This document shows positions 37,050 through 50,510 of a stretch of DNA of 64,000 nt, piece by piece. Under the pieces are notes generated by a model. The model searched no databases and was not told the DNA's origin. It was given only the letters and a program-made list of their open reading frames with translations. The DNA comes from Raillietiella orientalis. Lineage: Eukaryota. Positions within the stretch are counted from its first letter, which is position 1. Every line of letters begins with the position of its first letter. Location: positions 1,736,001-1,800,000 of the forward strand of contig JAYWIR010000029.1 of assembly GCA_036172245.1 (NCBI GenBank), read 5' to 3'. The position numbers were made by a program, and so were the translations under genes.

Positions 37050-39400
37050 AAATCCTATACAAAGCGAACGAATGGTTTCTGTCGACTGAATTCCCGGAAT
37101 CGATGAAACAGTGAGTAGCAGGAGACAAAAGGAAACGCATATTTTACGTAATCAGCACGGTCGAGGCAATTTGCCTGTTTTCGTTCACAGTTTGGATGCA
37201 CATTGAGACGGCGTTCCAGTTTCCATGGTGTCTCGATTACTTCGGGAGATGGTCCCCCTCCTAGTCAGTACTTTCCAGACTGGGATTTAAGATGGCTATC
37301 AAAAATCACGTAAAAGTTCTCGCCTTCTTCCTGACGTCTTGAGGATTCAGAGTTTAGGAAAAGAAGGATCGTTCAGGATCTCCCACCACGTGGACTAAAC
37401 CGGAGAACAAACGGGTGTTCCTGTTGCCTCTATAAAAGAAGATGTGACGGGACGTCTGGCTTATTCTACCTGAATCTCTATCACTTGTCGATGAAACCGA
37501 TCTCTTTCCGTATCGCAAATTTTCCAAAGGCAAAGTCCACCCGCGGTAAAGGACCATCATTACAATACGCTCCTATACAATGGAAGCATTTGATTATGGT
37601 AATCCATGATGACAAAACTGCATTATTCATGAGAACTTCTCACCGTACTTCCTGAATTCCGTGTCCACAGGAACAGTACTCAGCCGTCAACTTCTGGGCG
37701 TGTTTGCATCGTTGCATAATCCCATACACGATTTTCCTTTTTAATCTTTGAATGGTTCCACGATCGCCTATGCGTAAAAGCATGCAGCGGTGAAGCTCTA
37801 CACGTTCTTGAAATTCGAAAAACATTCTACAAGGGGAACCTTTCCCATGCCTTCTATGCGAAATGGAGGTTCTTTCAGTGCAAGGAGAGTTGGGCATGCC
37901 TGGTTTACGTCATCTTGAACTTTCGGATGCCACCATGTGTTCCGTTTACAGGTATGTTAATCGGACGAATTACACGTTATTCTTTGCAATTATTCCGTTA
38001 ATCTAGATACGCCATTAGGTATGACCACGAAAGAGGTTATGACCTCTTTCGTGAAGAACCGATCAAGCACTGTTTCCGATACTTCGTTGGTAGCTTTCAT
38101 CGATTGCTCGATTGCAGTTGCAGAGTGAAGAAGCGATTTAGGTAATGATGCGATAGAATATTGAATCAGCGAGGATATATTAAGGTCTTCAAGGTCAGGT
38201 CTCGAAGAGGAATCCGACTTTGTACCCATTTCCGAAAAGAAACCGCTTTCAGCTGATCGATGTGAGGACGATGTGCATGCAGACTTCAAACTGAGATCTC
38301 CGTCTCATTTCCCCGTTTCAGCACTTTTGTTCCGTTGGCCTTTCCTCTGACATCATACCATCTTCGGATTCTATTTAATCCTTCTGGTGAATTTGGAGAG
38401 TGCGCATGGACCAACGGGGTTTACTTCTTGCTCGGGGAACCATGACTTGTGCACCGAGATCACGGAGTTGACGGGGAGGAAGGACCACTTTTGGTAAGCA
38501 TATAGTAGTCTTCTGGCATGCCCAGATAAGAGTGTGCTGTCCACGTCTGATGGAAAGGAAAATCCCGCATGCATTTCCAGCAGCTTGCTGCATCTCCTCG
38601 ATGGATTCTGGCGTCGAAGTTCCCTGTTTCGTTCGAGGAGCACCTCGCGTGTTACGTACTTATCTGTAGCCGTCTGCAAGACAATACCCCGAAAATTCGC
38701 ATGCAACGCGGTCTCCCCTGAGAAGTCAAGAGCTGCCACTCGATTCATGTGGTACAGCTCTCTTCTGTACCACACGAAGACCATCTTCTGCCATGTTCAT
38801 TTTCCAGTTTACGAGGTAACGAATGATTCCTAGTTCCTTTTGACGGATGAAGTTGATTCGTCGAAAAATACTCTGTAGGCGGAAATCTTGTAACCCAGCA
38901 GCTGCAGAGTGGACCAGCGACTTCAGAGTGCTTGGTTCAGAAGGAGGGGTTCTTCCTCGACCAACTCTTCCATAGTCTATTTGATCTGGGAAGGGGAGGT
39001 TTACAACTCGGAGGCTCTCGACGGAATCCGTCGAGAACTTTCGATCAGCTTTGCGCATCGGTGGCCTTCGAGGCGGAGAAACGGCGCGGATGAAATTCGT
39101 GGAGTTTGTCCGTGCGTCGGCCGCTTTTCCACCCGAACGCCGTAACCCGATGAGACGTTCCAAACCTCACCTGGGAGATCTCTCAGAATCACTCACGCGG
39201 GGATGCTCTCTCCTGCAGCCGAGGCGGTGACCGATGTTGCAAAATCAAGAGTGAATGGTGGCTTTCGTTCCCTGTTACATTTCGGTTCCGCACGGCAGCA
39301 CGTTATGCCTGCTTATGTTTTAAGCGACCATGCACACATTACCACCAGCTCCAGCAAATTCCATCTCAAAGCTGCGCCATGGGACCTGCGAGTCTGCAGA
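37050..39400 (-). mobile_element. Degenerate Maverick/Polinton relic B (pPolB C-terminus, two small ORFs, chromodomain integrase)
   Basis: TNFIRAVS...FSTDSV (like TNVxIAA...DTDS), ETALHANFRGIVL...LRRQ...EMHAGF (like E.A.N.L.G.V.L...LR...Q.GGF), LNISSLIQY, FYA*AIVEPFKD*KG, DTEF, NASIV*ER, GRIS...FYRG and YVKY (chromodomain-like). Confidence 0.65.
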
Positions 39401-39749
39401 GAATCTGCCCGAGGAAGATAATAGCTCGAAAACAAAGCAGAAAGAGGACGTGGATTTCCTGATGGATTGAAATGCTTTCCTTTGCGTGACTCGGCTTCAG
39501 AGAAAGAAGAACTGGTAAAGGAAACGCGCTGCATGAATGCAGAAAAGCAAAAAAGAGGAGGAAGAGAACGAGCATCTGCACTTTGTTCTACCCTTGCCTC
39601 CATGAGCGCGCGCGCGCGCGTGTGTGTTTTCTTCTTTCTTTCTTTCCTTTTTTTTTTGCCGTAGGAGAGAGCATGCTTTTCTCAGGCGTTGGACGCACAC
39701 AATCGAAACGCAATCATCCCGACAGTCCTTACAGAAATGCAGGAAGTCT

Positions 39750-40660
39750 GTCATTGCATCACGAGTCTTTTCTTCCAGAGATCATTACAACCGATGGGTA
39801 TTATATTACAGTCGGCAAGCATTATTCCGATCTAGTAGTATTACGATTCCCATTACGACTCCAGTCGGCCCACAAGCACGATTTCAATCGTTGACATTAT
39901 TAAGACCGGTGGGTAGCGACCCACGAATCCTATCGTGGTCGAAGAGCGGTATTGGAATTCAACGCATCCAAAGTTGCGGGGATGAGGATCTGTCTCGGAC
40001 CGAGACAGGGAATTTTCTGAGCAGCACGAATGATGCAACCCCTACAACAGAGACCCAAGCACGTCTCGATCTGCCCTACGCGACGCGTGTTTCATGGGGA
40101 CGAGATTCGTCGGTTCTCTGATGTCGCTTAATTACGGCTGCGTGCGAGTACCTGCATTTGTGTGTACACATGCAATGACATCCGCAGCCGTCAGAGAGCA
40201 GCGAGTTCTTGCGTTCCTTGATCCATTTTGGGGATTCAGTTTTTACTTCATGGAAAATCGTGGTTTCGAGAGTCACCCATGAGCGACCGAAAGAACACCA
40301 TTTAGGAACATCCCAGTAGGTGTACTCTACATTCACTGCTTGTGCTCTGTTCTTTCTGCTTTCGGAGCATCAGAAATCTTCCGTACGATGTCTATGCCTA
40401 TCCAGGAATGCCCAATTCTCCAATCCTTCTAAAGACAGAAAATACTTTCTTATAATGGAAAAAATATAAAGAAGCGCTACATAACGAAGACATCCGAGCA
40501 TCTTCTTCGTCAGAAACCAGCAATCCATAACAGTTTTGCAACAGAAAGATGTATTTGCATCACTAAAATATAAATCCAGATTGATAAAGCCAATGCATAT
40601 ACATATATTTTCTTCTAGAGGATGCTTTGCCTAGAAAATGGCTCTGCCTGAGATTCTGTT
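39750..40660 (+). mobile_element. Oppositely oriented Maverick fragment (pPolB middle plus integrase C-terminus)
   Basis: HDFN (motif-A-like), MGTRFVGSLMSLNYG (like GTW...EL..A..GY), then PVGVLYI...ASEIF...NGKNI (like VGDxVRI...EIF...GExI). Confidence 0.4.
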
Positions 40661-41099
40661 GCTAGTTTACAGTCTTTAACTCACACTGTAAAACAGCAAC
40701 TCGACGCTCATTCTGATACACCAAACCGTCTTGGGTATCGTACACTTCTTAGTTATCTTCTGGGTACATCTGGGTACATCATCGAATCCTCCAAATATGC
40801 ACAAAAAAAGGTGCTTTTCACCGCAGCATTATTCAGAGTGCACCGTTTCGTCCAAACGTGAATGTGCTCTTTTTTTGCAAGCACAAGAGTCGCCTTCTAC
40901 CCTTTGCTTTCCATCTGAAATTCTGCATTCATCAATCCTTGGACGAAGAAAGGAATGTCTCGTCTTTTTTTTTTTTTTTTTTTCATTTGTACTGGTTTCC
41001 CTCCTATGTAGGGAATCATTTTTGAATCTTTCCGAAGCTGTTTGTGGCCCATCAAACGGCAATTCAAGAGAAACCGCTGCTGCAGCAGACTTAAGCTTC

Positions 41100-44000
41100 A
41101 TTAGTTTGCTCTTCATTTTGGTGAATTTCACAGTGGTTCTGGCACCGTTCGAGGTTCCATCTTGGACCCCTTGGTGGATTTCAATGAGCATTAAATCTCG
41201 GAGTTTCAAATATGCAGCGAGGATGCTGAACGTTTCTCGCTGGACCCTCTGAGAAAGGATCGGTAACTCTGGCGACACCCACCAAGTTTTCGAATCCATC
41301 CGCAAGCATTTGCGTTGCGAAGCTGCTACTCTCTAATAAACCAGCGGCAAAATCCATTCTGTTTCCCGGTGCAGATTATCCGGGCACATCTTCAGCACTT
41401 ATTGTAATCTGTGAATGGAAGAGCCGGGTTTGCGAATCTTTGTTGAACTTGAATGAGGTAGATAAGTGAAAGATTCCCGTATATGCTGGGGTCGTTATAT
41501 CAGTGATGGTGATTCGGATAGGAGATATCTTGAGGACTGTGGTATCCAATCAGAAGCTGATGCATGGTCCGTGCCACAGCATTTTCAGCACTGTCTACCC
41601 GTTTGCGCTTACACATCTGCCAATGCAACTTAATAGGATTCGGCCTCAGAGGAGACACACGGTTCCAAGATCTTCCGGAAATGCAAACAATGTCCTCAGC
41701 AGTTGAGAAAGAGCTACGGAAATGGAGCAGATGAAAGCACGTCAGTGGAGTTGAAATTTATGCACAAGATCTTGTCTACCACTGGTCTCTTCCGCTGGTT
41801 CACACAGAATCTATGCGCTCTGTGCTCCTCTTCGCAGTTACCAGGGCGATTCATCCGATGTTTTTCAAAGATACTCGCTTTGGAGGATAGATGGGATCTT
41901 CCTTACCCACAGCACTACTCACCCATCCACTTAACGATATAATCTTCAGATAATCATACGATTTTCATTTGTATACACTCTTTCGCGTTCCATGTCTGCG
42001 TTCCCATGTTCTCAGAGAACTTTCATATTTCCGCAGCATTACGTTGGCGGGATGATTTATCTCTGCATCAGGTTGCTTGGTATTCATAGGCCTCTTTCCA
42101 TTATTTGCATATATTGTCTTGTTATCTGTAGAGAATTTTATGAGCTATAGTCACATTTTCGTGGCATACTGTCCGATTTTTTGTACTGCAATTTCTGAAA
42201 CGCCTGAGAAGTTTCTGTGATACACGGAGATGAAACAAAACTAGAAACAATAACTTTTCGATTGGATTTGATCACGTATGTGCATACATATTTGCCTCAG
42301 TTAATAACGGCAACCATGCAGGGGTTTCTACGCTGTGTCCTCGAGTAGGTTGGAATCCAGGGAAACGGACTTCCATACGTGAGGCGTTTGGGAATGTGTT
42401 AAGACGAAGCTAAGAACTTCAAGCAGCCTGTGAGCAGCTCCTAAGCAACCAAAAGAATACAATTTGACATCCCAGTAGGTGTACTCCGCATTCACTGTGA
42501 CCGCATAGCTCACAGAATTCTCTACAGATAACAAGTCACTTAAGCTTCGATTTTACAAGGATTGCAAATCCAACCGGCCTAATTTTCAGCAGGAAAGGTC
42601 AGTGGGGTCAAATGTAAGTTCCTGGAAGAAATTGTCTTTCTCCAAGAACTAGCGAGCTCTTCCAGCTTTTCGAATTTGGAACGCCCGGATCTGTTTCATC
42701 TCATACTCTATTTGCACGATGCGAAAACTTGCTGTTCTTTTATCAGGCAGGATGCTGGAAATAATAGTAATAAATCGCACAATCCTTTCGATTCAACTCG
42801 TGAGCTCTTGCCAATTGCAGCCCAGACGACAGTCCCAAATGATTTCTCCATCCGTAAAGATCTTCGAGCATCAGAACATTGTGGAATCTCGTTCTTTATG
42901 TAAGAGAATTGGACCCTTTTTCCTACTCCAACTTTATCCTTAGTAGCACTGCCATCAATGTATTTCTTCATGGTAACCGATTTCCCACACCCCGTACTGG
43001 TGCACCACCGTGGGGACATTTGGTGGTATTCCGGGTATTTGCTGCTGGTAAGCTCGACACCACGTCAACCTTTCTGTGTGCGAGATGCTGCTGCGTTGTC
43101 GTCGGCATGAAATCCAATGAGGCACGAATCCCGACGGAGTAAATCTGTGGGGCTTCGGGCTTCGGGAGTAATTAATGTTGAAAGTCTAAGAAAAGGTTAG
43201 CGGTTGAGATCATGATCTGAAGTTTAGAACGTAAAGAGGAAGAATGTGCGATTACTAACGTCCTAATTTCATCCCCAGAAGCAGCAAAACAAAAAAGACC
43301 CTGGCTTTTTTCTGAGACAACAGCGTGCCGCAATCGGGTTCTCCGGAAGATCATCCTTGTTCCTTACACCAAGGATGATTATGACAGCCTTGAACATCAG
43401 TGTGCATCATTAAATGAGAGGAATGAGAGTTTCGTTGAGAACAGATTTATCCACCAGGTTCTTGACACCGCTTCATCCCGTAACTCTTCGTTTCCCACGT
43501 GCACCTTTTAAGAGAGGTTTGTGGGAAGTTACCAAGCCAAGCGAAGATGGATTGATTGCCGGTGTTCGTACACGACCGGTAACAGCAGCATGGCTCCAGA
43601 CGATCGATTGCCATTCGGCCAGATGGAACAAGCTGTCGTCGACAAGCATGACTGAAGTGGCAGCGAGTCGCACGGATAACGAGATCAATGCAGCAGCGCC
43701 AGCCACGAGATGGGAGGCTGGGTCTCAGGAAAAATTCCTCCTTCCGCGAATTTTCACGAAAGGAGTCCTGGAATGCATAAATCCCTGGAGCCCTCTCCGA
43801 TGATGCCGGGAAGAAAGACTCGTGCCCCCCCCCTCCTCCTCCCAGGGAAGGATCACAGGTCGAAATATTTATCCCTTGCAGCGATGCAGGAACTGCCTAA
43901 TTAGAAAGCAGCTGTTTCTCCCGAGCTCATTAGAATGTTCCTGACGATCTAAATCTCCCACGGAAGCGCGGTTCGGTCGTTCCGTGAGCCGATCTCTGCG

Positions 44001-44680
44001 TTGCATCTTCACAAGAGTTACATTGCATCCCGCACGTTCCCGTCGCGAAAGTTTCTCAGGAAAGGGAAGCCGAAAGCCAGCTCGCTCGCATACGCTTGTC
44101 TGCAGCTATCTTCGTAGAGGGCGTTGGGCATTCAAGGAGCGCGCACAGGGCACGTTTCCTCCGCCACTATGGCCTGAGATGCAGACGGGAGGCGCGCATA
44201 CCCTTCAGGTTCGCCGGAGGCTCTTTTTGGGTCAGGTTCTCCTTCTGCTTGCTCGGGAAGCGCAGTTTCCCGTGTGGTGACGGTCGGCGCTGCGCTCGCG
44301 AGTGCAGCACATTCGAGCAAGGGGTTGCGCGTGTTCCTTTAGAGACGACGGCATCTTGCGGCTTCCGCATGAGGTCAAGCGGTTGGAAGTGAACTCGTCT
44401 TTCGGGGTTTGGCTTGTGTGACCTCTCTGAGAGTGTGCACAGACGCGTCACTTCTTCAATAGTATTCATCCTGACCACTCTTTTTCTTCCTTTGTCTTAA
44501 AAGCACACACACACAACAGGACTGTCGCATGAATGCGCGATCCCCATTTCAAGTGCGACAAGGAAAACGTTCCGATTCCTGGAAGCATCATCCTTGCGAT
44601 ATGCGGGGTCTCCCGGGAAAATTTTTCCAGAGTCCATTCTACGGCGTTGTGGAATCGGGAGCAGTTTCCTAGCAATGCGG
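41100..44680 (-). mobile_element. Degenerate Maverick/Polinton relic C (pPolB C-terminus, small ORFs, chromodomain integrase, minor capsid)
   Basis: PHIARMML...WG (motif B), VCERAGFRL, AAVTGRV...SHKPLLK (ORF 43473-43706), the integrase N-terminus in ORF 42708-43019 (VQFSY...RR...WAA...KG..LL), IVKWMG (chromodomain, ~41930), SY*VALADV, and NLVG..LPIL...LIEI...TTVKF (minor capsid N- and C-termini). Confidence 0.65.
42118..42535. repeat. Imperfect inverted repeat, arms 42118-42155 and 42496-42535
   Basis: cttgttatctgtagagaattttatgagctatagtcaca is nearly the reverse complement of tgtgaccgcatagctcacagaattctctacagataacaag. Confidence 0.85.
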
Positions 44681-45249
44681 TGCTGACGAGGAGAGGCGAA
44701 AACAGTTCTTGACAGACTCAGACGTGCTCAGACTGCGTCACGGACAGTCTTGACACTGGAAGGGGGGGGGGGGGTCATCAGGAGATTGCCGCGACGAAGG
44801 CCGAACAAATTTTTACGAATCCGGCGGAACAGAAAGCGAGCGAAACCTCCGGTCACGTCGTTCGCCGGTGTACGAGAAGCCCTCGGCGTTGCTGATTCCG
44901 TGGTGCACCCCTGTCGGCCAGACCGCGCACCGGCTGGGTCGACCGAAACGTCCTGCGTTCTCTGTTCTCGCCAGAGGGGTAGGGGATGCGTGAGTTCGGC
45001 GGAGCGAACTCTCCTCAAGGTGCTTCTTCCCTCCCCCCCCCTCCCACCTCCTGAAAGTCGGAGGAACGCCTTTGAGTCTGGAAAGACTGCCGCTCTCCCA
45101 GATTTCGAAGTTTTCCGGTTAGAGAGCTCGCCGAGAAGAGGGGAACGCAGCTCCCTCTCAGGAGAGCCCCGGTGCTTGCAACCCCGGATCCTCCCGACTC
45201 CGGCAGGGCACGCCCGACAGTGGAAACAGGAATCCGGCAGGGGTCGGCA

Positions 45250-46250
45250 TCACCGCCTCTTCGGAATTCATGTGACTCTGGATGGCAGCCGCTCGCATTA
45301 GCGTCATTGAAATGTCCGGAGGTGTGAGAGGGGAAGCCGCCGTACGTATCCTCCCGACATCACAAGGTTCCCGCAAAGCAGCTGGGCAGCCGGCGCTAAT
45401 CCGGAGCGAGGAGGAGCTTGGCATGCACAACCCTGCATGACCACGAAATGGGGCACTTGGGCAGTGAGAAGGACGTGCCCCAGTACCGAACCGATCCATT
45501 TGCCCGGATGACGAATCGAGTGTCGCGATAAAAAAAGGAAAGGGGAGCGACGGAAAAGATCTACCCACAGTGCCCTCAGCTCGCGGAAGCAAACACAATG
45601 ACGTCAAGACACATCGGATAGCCTGAGGGGCATAGGATAGCCTTCCAAAAAGTACCATCCGCTGGGTGCGTGGAAGGTTTGAAGGCTGCGAAGCAGTAGT
45701 CTTTGAGGATCTCTTCCGTCTGGAACGCGACTGAGCTTCTCAGCTGCATTGTTCCAAGTCCTGACGTCACCAAAATTTTCGACACCGCACCGACGTGCGC
45801 TAACTCTCCCCTGTTACTACTCGTAGTCAAGGCCTCTTTCAGTGGACGCAGTGGGGAAGGTTGCTGCTGACGATCGTCGATCACGAGAGGCGGGACTCCC
45901 CAACTGTGGACAGCAGCACATCGAAAGAGAGAGAAAGAAATGAAGCGCCGTCTTAAAGTTCCTGCTCTCTCCTCTTCCATGTAGTTCAGCTCGCAGAAGA
46001 GCAGGGGCTTCTGCTTCGGATTTCCCTATTCCTGGCATGAAAGCGGCTTGCTCATCTTCAAACTAGGGATCGTCTATCGTTTCCCTACGAGTTGTGCCGC
46101 TGGTCCCTGGCATCATGACTATCATAACCATCCATCCAGAGCCACGTGCCGCTCGCTGCGAACGGGAAGGGTGCAAGAGCAACGTGCAACAGACTTGCCC
46201 AAATTGAAACCCTACGGCAGGGACCTGAAAGAGCCCGCCTGACAGAGGCT
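45250..46250 (-). mobile_element. RTE-like LINE endonuclease remnant
   Basis: ORF 45576-45980 follows the APE-endonuclease layout (F..F...GV...I...L...EE.K..F). Confidence 0.35.
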
Positions 46251-49200
46251 CTCACCTCTAATTTAGTCTGTGGTGCTGGATGACGTTGGCAGTGTCGCTG
46301 GGACTGTCCTTCCGTTCCGGAGGATTGGTTACCCGTTCAAGGAGAACCCAACCTTTTCCTAGAAGTGCTCACCGAAACTTTGAGGAGATCAGCATCACCT
46401 CTCCTCTTCACCACCGAACTTCACCGGACTTTCCGGTTCCTCCAACCAGGACTCCCTGAAACTTACCCGAGCTCTTACTGGATAGAGATTGTTCCAGTAA
46501 GAGCTTGGCTCCAGCAGTGCACCCATACAGGGGTCACAGAGCTGCTCTCGGCTTGTGGACGGATAGGCACCTCAGCATCCCATTTGTTCCTGTTATTTCC
46601 AGAAAGAACGAGTCTTTTTCCCTTCCGAGGATTTTGCTCCAGAGCGCTCTCAGTTAGCTGCCTCGGACGAGAGTCGAGGTGATGGCAGTGGTTGAGAGAT
46701 CGGTCAGATGAGCGAGGTCCCTTCCGTGTTGGAGCTCAGAACATGTTTGCCTGTTACCACAAGCTCTCGTCTTAGTGTTATCCGTGCCACCTCGACAGTG
46801 CATTTTCCGTACACTTGCACCACTGCTCTCCCTATGAAATTTTACCCTTGCACCTGCTTTCTCTGCAACAAGCTCTTCCACACCCAAAGTGGGTTATGAT
46901 GCACAGCTGCCGTTTCATAAACAAAAGACATTTCCGTGGATCCCAGAAGGCCTCTTCTTTCTCTTTGGAGCTTCAAAAGTGAATATGACGAGCCGTTGAA
47001 AACATCGCATCTTCCCTTTCTGTGACGTCATGTCTCTCGCCTCCTGCGATACAACCATTGCGATGAATGCAGGCACGTGGTTCATCCCGCGCTGGTGCTG
47101 TTTGTTTTTCACGTAGCACCGCATCGACCCACCTGTGCAAAGGGAAGGGTGAAATGAGATGTCTGCAGCTTCCTATAGTACAGTCTGCCACTGCTCTTTT
47201 TGCGAGCCTTTGATGCCGCCGGACAGCGCGACTTCCGCGGCTTGAGGAAGCATCGTGGGAAGAACTTTGGATCAGCCAATCCTCCTTGAGAGAATCCCAA
47301 GTCAACCTGGTGAAGTAGTCCATCGTCTAAGAGCTTCTCTGTTCCAGGATTGCGTCTAAACTCCCACCGAAAGGATGCTTGCAGGGCACACGCGTAGTTC
47401 CTGGAGCTGTGACAGCCGCGAAGACCTTTAGGTATAAATCTAAGTGCCAACACTGAGATTTATTCCTGACATGAGATTTGCCTACCCGGTATCCCTTTCC
47501 AGGGATAGCGAATACTAACATTCCTCAGGAAGATTTGAAGACCGAGGTGCTGCAAGGATGCTGTTCCTTGCCCTCTCTCTGGTTCCGTTCTGGGAATGAG
47601 CCTGGGGAACTTTGGGATCCGACAGGGTGAAAGGGAAGTGGATGTGCCCTGAATACAGGAAGGGCTTTCGGGGATTCTCGCGTGGTTTCCTTCCTGTTTT
47701 CGAGTCGCTCCCTGGAATGAAGGCGAAACCTCATGCATACCTTGCTGGAGGTGGTGGAGGAAACGCGCGTGCAAGTTTTCTTGGAAATAGACTTGTTCTT
47801 CTTAGTCTCTGGAAATACCAGAGCGGCGGAGTACGGTGCGGTTTGCCTCCCATACTTCCTGCAAGAGCTCAGCAAGGGTCATCAAGAGTTGGCAAAGTAT
47901 CCAAGAACAAAGGGCAGGCCAGCAAAGCCCATGATGGAAGCTACCAGGAACGACAGCGGTGGCGACGATAGCGTCAGCAGCAGCAGAGACATCAGATGCT
48001 CCGTGGATTCAGAGATGGTGAAGAGGAAGGGCGAGGATGGGTGGGATAGAAGAAACCATCAAGGAGATGGGAGCGACGTTGATGCTGAGTATCCCTCTGG
48101 CAATGGGATGGCGAACTTGGTGGTGCAACAGAAAGGAAAGAAAGCCCGATCAGCGGTCAGGATTCTACGGCGACCTGGGAGGACGAGATGGAGGAAGAGG
48201 GAGACTGAGAAGCAAGGGGCAGTGGGATGACCGGCGACAACTCGGATCGCGTCTTCCAAGATCCTCCTGCCGAACAGGCGGGCGGCCGACACTTGGATGA
48301 GAGTAAGGCCTCCGGCGACTGGTTCTCTACAGCCGCCGGAGGGGCTACTCGCTGCCCCAAATGAGAGGCAGGAGCCGTCTTTGGGGGTGCGAGGGGTAAA
48401 GGAGACGATCACGTCTGCGGGCGCGCCGGCCTCCGGAACCTCGGAAACTCATGGTGCAGCCACTTCCTGCTCCTCCTGGATGTTCGCCCTGGGGTTTTTC
48501 TTGGTCACGTAATCCCGAAGGTTTCCCTCTTCCTCTTCCTCCTCCTTCCTTCCCCCATCTCTCGAATGGAGGGCGAGCGACTGGCTCTTGCTGGGTCTTT
48601 GGGCCGCCACTCAGCCAGGGAGTCGGCGCGCGACGCCCGGTTGGTCCCGTCTGCCTCCCGTCCCGTGGTCCGCAAGTTGGTGGAAGCGGAAAGACGATTC
48701 GATCCTTCCCTTTTCTGGAGAGATGAAGAGGTCCGAGAGGTCCAGGACGTCCCCTCACTTGCCTCTGAGGTTCGCTCTCGCTCCTGCCCCTACTGCGTCT
48801 CTGTCCCCTGGAAGAGATCCTGCCCTGCTTTCGCTGCCGAACACCACTCCCAAGGGAAGCGCTCGCTCCAGCTCCCTCATACAGGAAGATGCTCCCGCCG
48901 GCCCGAAGAGGGTGATTGCTCCCCAGCCTCCATTCTCCCACCCTCCTTGAGAGCGGGATTTCGAGAAAATCCAGACGTTCCCGGAGATTGGCCCTAGCTG
49001 AGAGACTTCCTTGGATACGTGGGCAAGAACCACTAGGGGTTCTTTCGGCTCTCGCCGAGGGCCCGCTCCCTCATACGGAGGGGACCCCTTCTCCACCTCT
49101 CGGAGGTGGATCGCTGCTGAAAGAGGCACCAACAAAGATGAGCAGAAAGGGGGTTCCCGGATGCGCCCGGGGGTCCCGGACCTCTCGCTCCAGGAGAAGC
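46250..49200 (-). mobile_element. Decayed Ty3/Gypsy element (RT, RNase H, integrase)
   Basis: PKDGS and ADRAFFPF...LPEG (RT), VSIRYPWKG (like FxIxYxPGK), SHDASS.RG..VRR (integrase HH region) and KWDAEVP. Confidence 0.5.
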
Positions 49201-50347
49201 CATGAGGCCCTAGTCTCCCCCTCCCTCCCTTCCTCCTTGTTTCTCCCCTTTCATAAGCGAAGAAACAGAGGATGAGATCCCTTCACCGTGCCGGCATCGC
49301 GAATTTCTCGAGGGGTGAGGCGGGGTCGGGGAAGTGACATGTTCTCCTCCCGGAGTCTCCCTGTGCCTGCTTGTCCTGGCCCTCCGATTCTCGCCCTCTG
49401 GTGTCATGACAACCAAGGCTCGAGCTTCGGTTGGGGAGGCTGCGTCTGTGCCACCCCTTTTCCAAGTCCCTGTCTCACTCGCGCCGTCTCGTCGCGAGGG
49501 GAATCGCGGGAAGCCCTGCTGCTCGCCGCCGACCCCGCCGGGTTCCCAGTAGATAAGGATCTCCGGGAGGTTCCAGGACCTCTTTCGAACGGAACCGCAG
49601 AAGCATCCACCGCCTTTTCGAGGGTCGGTGAGACCGCGAGGAAGAGCTCACCGGACGATCCCCCGGGCCTCAGGGGTGGATGAGGAGAGAAGGCACAGCT
49701 CTCGCCCCCCCCGAGGTCACCTTTTGACCCCTTCCAGAATCTCAGAATCCCCGCCACCTTCCCGTGCCAGGGAAAAGGATAGTGGACGGGGAGGTGAACA
49801 GCGAGAGATCACCTCCTCTCCCCTCTGGTCTTCCGCCCCAGAGGCTTCCCCTAGAAGGACCGCTGCCATCCCCGGAAGACTGCCCGCGCGTCACGAGGCG
49901 AGGAGTGTCCCCTTCGTGCTCGGGAGCGGGCGGTGGGGTGACGGCGGCCGAGAGTGGTGGTCGGAGCGCCTCCAGGAAAGAGGGGCGGGGCAAGGGTTGC
50001 TCACCCTTGTCGAGTGCGTGCCTCAGAGGGGGGGCTTCTCGCCGTCGGGTGGAGGCGGGAGCGGCGGCGGTGGCGGCGCGCGTGACTTTTCCGGTTTCCC
50101 TGACAGCGAGCGCGCTCACGCATGCGTGAAAGACGACGGCTGCGTGCTCTCCCCCTCCCCCCCCCCTTCCTCCTCCTCCCCCTTCCCGAAGAGAATCGAC
50201 CGGCCGTCCGCAGGGAGGAATCGCGGCGGCGGCGGCAGCGGGGGAGGAGGAGGAACAAGAAAAGGGGAGGGGGAGCGGCCCTTCGTTGTTCCTCCCGTTC
50301 TCTCCCTTCCTGGGAGAAGGAAGGAGGGACTCGCCCGTTCCCCTTCC

Positions 50348-50416
50348 CCCTCCTCCTCCTCCTCCTCCTCCTCCTTGCCGCCGCCGTCTTCCCTGCTTGG
50401 CCGCCGCCGCCGCCGC
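50348..50416 (+). repeat. (CCT)n and (GCC)n microsatellites upstream of the futsch ATG
   Basis: Read directly. Confidence 0.85.
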
Positions 50417-50510
50417 TCAGGGTCAGCGCGCGCCGGGCAGGCGCGGCGGCGTGCCGAGAGCGGTGCCCGTCGGAGCTGCCGCCGCATTCGCGCAGGAGGT
50501 GCCGCCGCTC

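Noticed and set aside
40400..40850. Possible Maverick cysteine protease on the minus strand
   Set aside because: Catalytic His and Cys motifs are unconvincing. Most of the interval reads better as an integrase C-terminus on the plus strand.
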